Source of the DNA: Rhodococcus sp. Leaf278
Lineage (GTDB): Bacteria > Actinomycetota > Actinomycetes > Mycobacteriales > Mycobacteriaceae
Direction of reading: 5' to 3'
DNA length: 24,000 nt
Assembly: GCF_001426085.1 (NCBI RefSeq)
Contig: NZ_LMRR01000017.1
Coordinates: forward strand, 4,695 to 28,694
Position 1 is the stretch's first letter, and each line of letters starts with the position of its first letter. The notes beneath the pieces were generated by a model. The model saw only the letters and a list, made by a program, of their open reading frames with translations, was not told where the DNA came from and did no database searches. Both the position numbers and the translations under genes were made by a program. Of this stretch, positions 15,465 through 22,711 are shown in pieces.

Positions 15465-16435
15465 TCGATGTCGGCGCGCCGGGTGTGCAGACCCTCGTCC
15501 AGGACTCCGGGCGCAGTGGACATTTCGCTATCGGACTCCCACCATCGGGCCCCATGGACCTGTGGTCTCACCACGCGGCCAACGCGTTGGTCGGCAACTC
15601 ACCGGACGCCGCGACCTTGGAATCGGTGTACGTGGGTCCCGAACTGCATTTCCGTCGCGACACCGTCGTCGCAGTGACCGGGGCCGATGTCGATCTGCGG
15701 GTGAACGGCAGGTCCATGCCGACGTGGACGACTCTGCCCGTCACCGCCGGTTCCGTCCTGACCGTCGGCTCCGCCCTCCGTGGTGCCCGCAGCTATGTCG
15801 CGGTGCGCGGCGGCATCGGAACGACACCGGTCATGGGTAGCCGATCGACGTATCTGTCCTCGGCTATCGGCGGCCTCGACGGGCGCGCACTTCGTGCCGG
15901 TGATGTCCTCCCCAGCGGAGTCGACCTCGGTCCGTACCCCAAGCTCGGATTTTCGGTCGAACACGACGACCGACCCGATCTCGGCCGAACACAGGACGTA
16001 CGAGTGGTACTCGGCCTGTGCAGCTACCGCTTCACGCCCGAGAGCTTGGAGCGCATGTTCACATCGCCCTTCACGGTCGGAACAGAAGCGAATCGCGTCG
16101 GATACCGTCTCAGCGGTCCGCAGTTGGACTTCGTGGAACGAGAACCACCATTCGGTGCCGGCGACAACCCGAGCAACGTGGTCGATTTGGGATACCCCGT
16201 GGGTTCCATTCAAGTACCGGGCGGCGAGGAACTGATCTGCCTGCTTCGGGACGGTGTCACCGGAGGCGGATACGCCACGGTCGGCACGATCATCAACTGC
16301 GACATAGACCGCCTCGCGCAGATGAAAGCACCGGATTGCGTGCGCCTTTCGAAGATCGGCATAGACGATGCCCTACAGGCACGACGAGAACGCGGTGCAC
16401 GAATCGAGCGGCTCTATCACGCTGCCCGAGACTGA
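15461..16435 (+). CDS. pxpC: PxpC/KipA-like subunit (CT_A_B, allophanate hydrolase subunit 2 family)
   Basis: The N-terminus VIDVGAPGVQTLVQDSGRSGHFAIGLPPSGPMDLWSHHAANALVGN is the family signature. The GTG 15461 start overlaps the pxpB stop (GTGA). The ORF-track start at 14891 is an out-of-frame overlap artefact. Confidence 0.8.
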   Translation: MIDVGAPGVQTLVQDSGRSGHFAIGLPPSGPMDLWSHHAANALVGNSPDAATLESVYVGPELHFRRDTVVAVTGADVDLRVNGRSMPTWTTLPVTAGSVLTVGSALRGARSYVAVRGGIGTTPVMGSRSTYLSSAIGGLDGRALRAGDVLPSGVDLGPYPKLGFSVEHDDRPDLGRTQDVRVVLGLCSYRFTPESLERMFTSPFTVGTEANRVGYRLSGPQLDFVEREPPFGAGDNPSNVVDLGYPVGSIQVPGGEELICLLRDGVTGGGYATVGTIINCDIDRLAQMKAPDCVRLSKIGIDDALQARRERGARIERLYHAARD

Positions 16436-16484
16436 CCGAATCATGCAGGACGTCGCACCTGCGGAAATCGACGAGGAAGAGAAG

Positions 16485-17807
16485 ATGAATCCCAAACAGA
16501 TGTACATGGCCAACGCCTACGACGGGTCCAACCTGGCGTCGCTGGATCCGAACACGCGGGCGCTGATCGAGCGCCGCGACGCCGTACTGGGCACGAGCTA
16601 TCGTTTGTTCTACCGCGATCCTGTTGTCCCGGTGAGAGGTTCGGGTGTATACCTCTACGACGCAGACGGACGTGAATACCTCGACGTCTACAACAACGTT
16701 CCCGCGATCGGACACAGTCACCCCCATGTTCAGCGGCTCGTCTCCGAACAACTCGGTGTACTGAACACGCACACGCGCTACCTGACGGAACCTGTGGTCG
16801 CCTACTCCGAGCGACTGCTCGCGCTGTTCCCCCAAGAGTTGTCGAAGGTCGTATACACCTGTACCGGTAGCGAATCGGTCGACCTCGCGTTACGCATGGC
16901 TCGATACCGCACCGGCGCGACCGGAGTGATCTGCACGAGACACGCCTACCACGGTACGACCGCCGCGGCAGCAGAAGTGTCACCCAGCCTGGGGCCGAAC
17001 AACCTGATCGGGCCCAACGTGGTGCTGGTCGATGCCCCGGATCTCCTGCGCGACAACCGCGAGACCGCCGCGGCGGACTTCGCTTCCCGTGTCCGCCAGG
17101 CGGTGGACGAGTTGAACGCCCGCGGACTCGGTATCGCCGCGATGATCGTCGATTCCATCCTCTCCAGCGACGGAGTGCAGTCGCACCCAACCGATCTTCT
17201 TCGCGAGGCGGTCGACGTTGTCCACGAAGCCGGTGGTCTTTGGATCGCCGACGAGGTACAGCCGGGCTTCGGCAGACTCGGGGTGCAGTGGTGGGGATTC
17301 GCTCGCCACGGCATCGCACCCGACATGGTCGTGTTGGGAAAGCCCATGGGGAACGGAGTCCCCGTCGCCGCGGTCGTAGGAACCGAGGACGCGATGGACA
17401 GCTTCGGTCGTGACATCCGGTACTTCAACACCTTCGGTGGAAACCCCGTCAGCATCGCGGCCGCCACAGCGGTCCTCGATGTCATCGAACAAGAGTCGTT
17501 GTTGGACAACGCTCGTCGCGTCGGCGAGCACCTCGATACCGGGCTCCGAAACATCGCAGCACGCCATCGGGCCCTCGGTGATGTCCGTGGGTGTGGGTTG
17601 TTCGTTGCAGCCGAGTTCGTCACCGAGGACGGTCTCACCCCCGACCCTGCTATCGCCGCCTTCGTCGTCGACGAGCTACGCACGCGCCGCATCCTGATCA
17701 GCGCTTCAGGAAAACACGCGAACGTACTGAAGATCAGGCCTCCGATGACGTTCGGGCTCAGCGACGCCGATCGATTCCTGACCGAACTGGACGACATCCT
17801 GGGATAG
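16485..17807 (+). CDS. Class-III PLP-dependent enzyme of the AGXT2L (phosphoethanolamine / 5-phosphohydroxylysine phospho-lyase-like) subgroup
   Basis: The catalytic set is intact: YNNVPAIGHSHP, TGSES, HAYHGTT, ADEVQPGFGRLG, VVLGKPMGNG (Lys codon 17340-17342), FNTFGGNP and NVLKIRPPMTF. ATG 16485 has GAGGAAG upstream. ATG 16443, 7 nt after the pxpC stop, is an alternative start. Confidence 0.85.
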   Translation: MNPKQMYMANAYDGSNLASLDPNTRALIERRDAVLGTSYRLFYRDPVVPVRGSGVYLYDADGREYLDVYNNVPAIGHSHPHVQRLVSEQLGVLNTHTRYLTEPVVAYSERLLALFPQELSKVVYTCTGSESVDLALRMARYRTGATGVICTRHAYHGTTAAAAEVSPSLGPNNLIGPNVVLVDAPDLLRDNRETAAADFASRVRQAVDELNARGLGIAAMIVDSILSSDGVQSHPTDLLREAVDVVHEAGGLWIADEVQPGFGRLGVQWWGFARHGIAPDMVVLGKPMGNGVPVAAVVGTEDAMDSFGRDIRYFNTFGGNPVSIAAATAVLDVIEQESLLDNARRVGEHLDTGLRNIAARHRALGDVRGCGLFVAAEFVTEDGLTPDPAIAAFVVDELRTRRILISASGKHANVLKIRPPMTFGLSDADRFLTELDDILG

Positions 17808-17897
17808 AGATCGAGTGATCACAACCGTTAAAACCCGTTGCGGCCCAAAGGCGCGGTCCGACAGTGGTCACGGCCGTCGAAGGCGTCCGGAACCGCT

Positions 17898-18611
17898 TCA
17901 CCTACCGAGTTCGTTCTGCAGACGCCGGGCGGCCGATTCGAGGGCAGGAACTCGCCCACCTCGTGGCGCGCGCCGCGCGAACAGAACGAACGCCGCGGTG
18001 GCCCCAGAGGTGGGGACGGCGATCGCGGCGATGTCGGGATCGGCGAGTCCGTCGCTTCGAGCCAATCGATCTCGACGAATTCTCGGGAGCTCCTGCTGAA
18101 ACTGCGCGGCTCCTTCCGGGTCGTCTCCACGTAGTCCGCTCAGGATCTTTTCACGTGCGGGCTCATCGGCGCTGGCGAGCAGGAGTCGTCCCGCCGCAGT
18201 GCGTAATGTGGGTCGCGGCCGGTGGTCGTCGGCCACTATCTGGATGTGGTCGGGTGCGCGCGGCCCTGCGTGGTCGAGGTAGTAGATCTCGTGCCCCACC
18301 AGGGCAGCGATACCGATCGGTGCCCTGGCCACTTCGCTCAGGCGGACGAGCTCGGCGTGGTCCACCCCTGACGCGGTCGCCGATCCGGCGATCGTTGCCA
18401 GCATGTGCGCGCGCAGGCCGAGGGCATACCGCTTGCCGGCCATCGTCAAGTATCCGAGTGCACACAATTCCTTGACGAGGTCCTGCGTCGAACTCACCGG
18501 TGCCTCGATCGAACGCGCGAGCGCGGACAGTGTGGGCGGTTCGTCGCAGCGCGCGACGTACTCGAGAATTCGGTCCGCACGCATCAAGGTCCGATGACCC
18601 TCGTTGCTCAT
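17898..18611 (-). CDS. IclR-family transcriptional regulator
   Basis: The N-terminal winged HTH is RADRILEYVARCDEPPTLSALARSIEAPVSSTQDLVKELCALGYL, followed by an IclR effector-domain-like C-terminus. The start is ATG 18611 or GTG 18620. Confidence 0.85.
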   Translation of the reverse strand: MSNEGHRTLMRADRILEYVARCDEPPTLSALARSIEAPVSSTQDLVKELCALGYLTMAGKRYALGLRAHMLATIAGSATASGVDHAELVRLSEVARAPIGIAALVGHEIYYLDHAGPRAPDHIQIVADDHRPRPTLRTAAGRLLLASADEPAREKILSGLRGDDPEGAAQFQQELPRIRRDRLARSDGLADPDIAAIAVPTSGATAAFVLFARRAPRGGRVPALESAARRLQNELGR

Positions 18612-18622
18612 TCGCGTCACAT

Positions 18623-18636
18623 TACGGATATACGTA
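18623..18636. promoter_or_regulatory. AT-rich imperfect palindrome TACGGATATACGTA immediately upstream of the IclR gene
   Basis: A 14-bp palindrome with one mismatched pair, 3-12 nt upstream of the candidate start codons. It is unusually AT-rich for this genome. Any function is unproven. Confidence 0.2.
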
Positions 18637-18712
18637 CACGCGCGACGAAATCTCCGGCCGAGGCGACGGCCGCGTTCACCGACATCGGAAGGCGTACTAC
18701 GAGGGTCGGTGA

Positions 18713-19558
18713 CTACCGGTCGATCGGGTGCCGGTTCAAGAAATCCGCGATGAGCGCGTTCACCTCGTCCGGCATTTCGGCTGCCAACAGATGTGCCGCG
18801 TTCTCGATGACGACGAACTCGCTGTCGGTGATTGCGGCCGCCATGCGAGAAACCTCGTCGACGGGGAATGTCGTGTCTTCGCGGCCGGCGAGCACCAGAA
18901 CGGGCGCGGTGATCGAGGCGAGCAGGCGGTGTTGATCCGGCCGACGCGAGACGACGCTCTCCCCGGCCAGGCCGACCGATCTCACGTCATGGCTGTGAAC
19001 GAGTGCGGAGATACGTTCCACCAGTTCGGGTTTGTCTCGCCGTGCGGTCGGACCGAGAAACATCCGCAGGACGCTGCGGTCGACGAGCGGCCGTGACACA
19101 CGCAATTCGAAGGCTGCGGGCAGACGGGCGCTCAGCCACCCCAGTCGGGCCTGCGCCATGACCTTCACCCGTTGCAGTGGCGGTGCCACCGACGCCGTAC
19201 CGTTCATCAGCACTGCGCAGCCGACCCGGTCCGGATAAGTGGCGGTGATGGTCGCGCCGATCATCGCGCCCCATGAGTTGCCGACGAGGTGAGCCCATTC
19301 GAGACCGAGCGCGTCCAGGATCTCGACATAGCAGCGCGCACACTCCGCGAAATCGAAGTGACGCGTCACAGGCTCGCTGCGCCCATGTCCAGGCGGATCG
19401 ATCGCGATTGTCGTGTAACGGTCTGCAAAGTACTCGACCTGCCGGTCCCACAGGGAGTGGTCGGTGAGCATGCTCGGCCACAACATCATCGGGTCGCCCG
19501 TACCCGACACTTGCGCGTGAACAGTCCCCAGCGTCGTGGGGATGAAGTGATCGGTCAT
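18713..19558 (-). CDS. Alpha/beta-fold hydrolase
   Basis: The nucleophile elbow is GNSWG, with HGRSEP after strand 3 and a C-terminal His (AAHLLAAE). GGAGG lies 6 nt upstream of the ATG. Confidence 0.85.
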   Translation of the reverse strand: MTDHFIPTTLGTVHAQVSGTGDPMMLWPSMLTDHSLWDRQVEYFADRYTTIAIDPPGHGRSEPVTRHFDFAECARCYVEILDALGLEWAHLVGNSWGAMIGATITATYPDRVGCAVLMNGTASVAPPLQRVKVMAQARLGWLSARLPAAFELRVSRPLVDRSVLRMFLGPTARRDKPELVERISALVHSHDVRSVGLAGESVVSRRPDQHRLLASITAPVLVLAGREDTTFPVDEVSRMAAAITDSEFVVIENAAHLLAAEMPDEVNALIADFLNRHPIDR

Positions 19559-19604
19559 CGATACCTCCGGGTCTTCGAACCGAGCAGTGCGGCAGTCTGA
19601 GTCG

Positions 19605-20729
19605 TCATCGAGGTCTTCCCGACACGATGGGGGAGTCGGCGGTACCCCGCCGGCGTTGCCGCTCGATTCGCCTGATGATGCGTCGACAGCGTAATTCCAG
19701 TGCTACCACGGCGATCCCGAAGAATCTGAACGAGCTGTTGGTGGTCTGACGATGGTAGTAGCGGTAGTAGATCTGTTGGCAGATCGCTGCCAGTCGAAAC
19801 AGCCCGAACACTTCGTAGAACGACCACTGCTCCTCCGTCACAGGCAGTCCGGTGCGACTGCTGTAGTACGCGATCACCTCACGTCGCGTCATCATGCCGG
19901 GAACGTGGGTGGGTTGACGACGAAACCGGCGAAACAACCAGCCGTCATCGGCCTGAACCCAGTAAGCCAGTGCGCCGCCGAGATCCATCAAGGGGTCGCC
20001 GACGGTGGCCATCTCCCAGTCCAGCAACGCCTTCGGTACCGTCGGGTCCTCCGGCTGGAGCACTATGTTGTCGAACCGAAAGTCGTTGTGCACGATCACA
20101 CTCGGAAGATCCTCGGGTCGATGTGCACGCAACCACTCGACAACGGTGGCAAACGATCCCACGTTGCGGGTGCGCGCCTCGGCGTACCGCGCGGCCCACC
20201 CCTCCACTTGCCGGGCGACGTAGCCGCCGCCTCGGTCCACGTCGCTCAGCCCGGCGTCCTCCACCGGCACCGCGTGCAGATCGATCAGAATGTCCACCAC
20301 CCGTCGGCACAGAATGGACACCGCGCGCGGATCTTCGGTGAGTCGCTGCGGAAGCTCCCGTCGCGCGATGGGACCGGAGACGTATTCCATCACGTAGAAC
20401 GGATTTCCGATTACCCCCGAATCCTCGCACAGTGCATACGGTTCGGCGATGAGTGAAAAGTGGGGGTGCAGCCTTTTCTGTAGCCGGAATTCGCGCGACA
20501 TGTTGTGCGCACCAACGGACTTCCTGCCTGTCGGTGGACGCCGGAGAATCATCCGGGCTCCGCTGGGGTAGGTCAGCAGGTAGGTCAGGTTGGATGCGCC
20601 GCCGGAGAATTGAGTCACGGTCGGCAAGTCGTTCAGCAGCGTGCTCAGCTGCGGCGCCCCGATGTTGGCACGGATCCAACTCGCCGCGGCGCACACGTCG
20701 AATTCGTCCTCACTGCGAACACCGCTCAC
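19605..20729 (-). CDS. APH-fold phosphotransferase of the ACAD10/ACAD11 N-terminal / LvaA / mycobacterial FadE36-like subgroup
   Basis: Motifs seen: FSGGASNLTYLL, ILRRPPTG...AHNMSREF, HNDFRFDNIVL and LLDWEMATVGDPLMDLG. The GTG 20729 start overlaps the SDR stop (GTGA). The 670-aa ORF in the track is an upstream shadow extension. Confidence 0.8.
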   Translation of the reverse strand: MSGVRSEDEFDVCAAASWIRANIGAPQLSTLLNDLPTVTQFSGGASNLTYLLTYPSGARMILRRPPTGRKSVGAHNMSREFRLQKRLHPHFSLIAEPYALCEDSGVIGNPFYVMEYVSGPIARRELPQRLTEDPRAVSILCRRVVDILIDLHAVPVEDAGLSDVDRGGGYVARQVEGWAARYAEARTRNVGSFATVVEWLRAHRPEDLPSVIVHNDFRFDNIVLQPEDPTVPKALLDWEMATVGDPLMDLGGALAYWVQADDGWLFRRFRRQPTHVPGMMTRREVIAYYSSRTGLPVTEEQWSFYEVFGLFRLAAICQQIYYRYYHRQTTNSSFRFFGIAVVALELRCRRIIRRIERQRRRGTADSPIVSGRPR

Positions 20730-21493
20730 GTGAGTTTCCTGACTACTCGAAGTGGAAGAATCCGCATGGCCATGCCCACCAGTGCCCAGGGCCAGGCGGG
20801 CACGAAGGCCTTGGCGCGTCGACGCTCTATCGCGGCAACCATGGCCGCGACTCCGGTTTCGGTGTCGACAAGGAATGGGGTGCGTTCGCGGACATGCGCG
20901 TTCATCTCCGACGCGATGTAGCCGGGGAGAATCACCGAGACGTCGATGCCCTCGAGGTTCTCCGCACGCAACCCCTCGGCGATAGCGGCCACACCGGCTT
21001 TGCTGGCGGCATACGTGGTCATCGATCGACGCATGCCCCGGACGGCCGACATCGACGAGATCAGCACCATATGGCCGCTCCGTTGGCGGCGGAACACGCC
21101 CATCGCTGCATCTGCTTGCGCTAGAACACCGACGAAGTTCGTTTCTGCCGTCTGCCGGTTGGCTTCCCAGCCGCCGGTCCCCAGGGCGGCACCCTTGCCG
21201 CTGCCGGCGTTGGCGATGAGTCGATCTATTCCGCCGAGTAGGACATCGAACCGGTTGACGGCATCGTGAACCGCGTCGCCGTCGGTGACGTCGAGTTCGA
21301 TGACTTCGACTCGGCGGGTGGGGTAGCGCGCTGTGATTTCGTCCCTCAGCGAGTCCAAACGGTCGAGCCTGCGGGCAGCCAGCCCGAGATCGTAACCGAG
21401 GGCGGCGAATTGGCGTGCCATCTCGGAGCCCAGTCCTGCGCTGGCACCGGTGATGACGATGGAGCCTCGCCGAGGCCTCGGTGCTGTGTTCAT
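20726..21493 (-). CDS. Short-chain dehydrogenase/reductase (classical SDR)
   Basis: Motifs seen: cofactor motif ITGASAGLG, NAG, and the catalytic S...YAASK. Confidence 0.9.
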   Translation of the reverse strand: MNTAPRPRRGSIVITGASAGLGSEMARQFAALGYDLGLAARRLDRLDSLRDEITARYPTRRVEVIELDVTDGDAVHDAVNRFDVLLGGIDRLIANAGSGKGAALGTGGWEANRQTAETNFVGVLAQADAAMGVFRRQRSGHMVLISSMSAVRGMRRSMTTYAASKAGVAAIAEGLRAENLEGIDVSVILPGYIASEMNAHVRERTPFLVDTETGVAAMVAAIERRRAKAFVPAWPWALVGMAMRILPLRVVRKLT

Positions 21494-21580
21494 TGTGCGG
21501 ACCCTTCGGCCGAATCGCGGGCGCGTGCTGACGGGGTGAAGTCCATGCCTTCACGCTGCACGGTCGGCGACCGTCGAAGT

Positions 21581-21618
21581 TGACCGATCCCGCCACAGAT
21601 GTGACCGATCCCGCCATA
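21581..21618. promoter_or_regulatory. Tandem direct repeat TGACCGATCCCGCCA(C/T)A x2 with 21-bp phasing; candidate AraC-family binding site
   Basis: Copies lie at 21581-21597 and 21602-21618, with 15 bp identical plus 1 of the next 2. The site is in the SDR/AraC divergent region and ends 3 nt before the AraC ATG. Direct half-sites two helical turns apart are the classical AraC-type arrangement. Confidence 0.4.
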
Positions 21619-21620
21619 CG

Positions 21621-22664
21621 ATGGCAGGTATGGCATGGGTGCGTTCGGCGGGTCTACGCGGCGTTCGGCAGGTGATCGAGAGCTTGGACGGCGATGCGGT
21701 GGGGCTGACGACGCGCGTGGGGCTCCCGCCTGGAGTACTCGACGACGATGAAATCTTGGTCAGGGATACCTCTGTTGCCGCGCTCCTGGAACTCGCGGCG
21801 TCCGAACTCGGCTGCCCCGATTTCGGATTGAGGGTCGCGCTCCGTCAGGATCTGAACTTGCTCGGGCCGCTCGCGCTTGCGGTGGGAAACTCGGAGTCGA
21901 TCGGAGAAGCATTGGACTGCACGTCGCGATACCTGTTCGTGCATGCCCGGGGTCTCAGTGTCGCAGCGATTCCCGACCCCCACGGGGCCCGCGGTGTGGT
22001 CGCATATCGCTACGGTTACCCGCCTGGTGTCGATGCCCCGCCGCAGAGCGTCGACATGGGCTTACTTTTTCTACACCGAGCGATAACCAACCTTGCCGGC
22101 GGCCCGTACGGCTTGCGGAGTGTCGAGATTCCCCACGCGCCCGCGGCGGAGCCGACACGGTACGAGTCGTTGTTCGGCGTCGCCGCCGTACAGTTCCACT
22201 GTTCTGCTGCGTTGCTACGGGTGCCCGATCGCCTTGCCGTGCAACAGATCAGTGGCCGTAGTCGAGCAGCTCACGACCTCGCACTTCGATACCTGCAGCA
22301 TCAGGACAACAGCACTGCTGCTGTGACGACGCGGGTGAAGGCGTATCTTCGGCGAACGCTGGGAACCGTCCGACCCTCCCTCGATGCGACGGCGCGCGAG
22401 ATGGCGATGGCGCCGCGCTCACTGCAACGCCATCTCGAATCCGAGGGCACGACCTTCGGTGCGTGTCTCGACGAGGCCCGACGCGAGCAAGCCGAACATT
22501 TCCTGCGCACAACAACATTGCCACTGAGTCAGGTCGCCGCCGTGGTCGGACTCGAAAGTCCCGCCAGTTTGAGCCGCTACGCGAACCGATGGTGGAACAC
22601 CACTCCTCGCCGCTTCCGTATGGCCGCATCCGAACGTTCCACGAATCCCGCCGCGCCGAAGTAG
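21621..22664 (+). CDS. AraC-family transcriptional regulator (N-terminal arabinose-binding-like domain plus C-terminal double HTH)
   Basis: The C-terminus reads SLDATAREMAMAPRSLQRHLESEGTTFGACLDEARREQAEHFL...LPLSQVAAVVGLESPASLSRYANRWWNTTPRRFR. The in-frame ATG 21630 is an alternative start. Confidence 0.85.
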   Translation: MAGMAWVRSAGLRGVRQVIESLDGDAVGLTTRVGLPPGVLDDDEILVRDTSVAALLELAASELGCPDFGLRVALRQDLNLLGPLALAVGNSESIGEALDCTSRYLFVHARGLSVAAIPDPHGARGVVAYRYGYPPGVDAPPQSVDMGLLFLHRAITNLAGGPYGLRSVEIPHAPAAEPTRYESLFGVAAVQFHCSAALLRVPDRLAVQQISGRSRAAHDLALRYLQHQDNSTAAVTTRVKAYLRRTLGTVRPSLDATAREMAMAPRSLQRHLESEGTTFGACLDEARREQAEHFLRTTTLPLSQVAAVVGLESPASLSRYANRWWNTTPRRFRMAASERSTNPAAPK

Positions 22665-22711
22665 CAGGCGTGAGCACCGCGGTCGACTCTTTTCTCCGCA
22701 GACGGTTCGTT

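Noticed and set aside
17808-17897. Expected bidirectional terminator between the convergent aminotransferase and IclR genes
   Set aside because: I found only short palindromes (for example GTGATCAC) and direct CCGTT repeats. No stable stem-loop with a U-tract is present.
19605-21617. Single 670-aa minus-strand ORF
   Set aside because: Only the C-terminal 374 aa (from GTG 20729) look like a protein, namely the APH kinase. The upstream 296 aa are Arg/Pro-rich and overlap the well-supported SDR gene in another frame.
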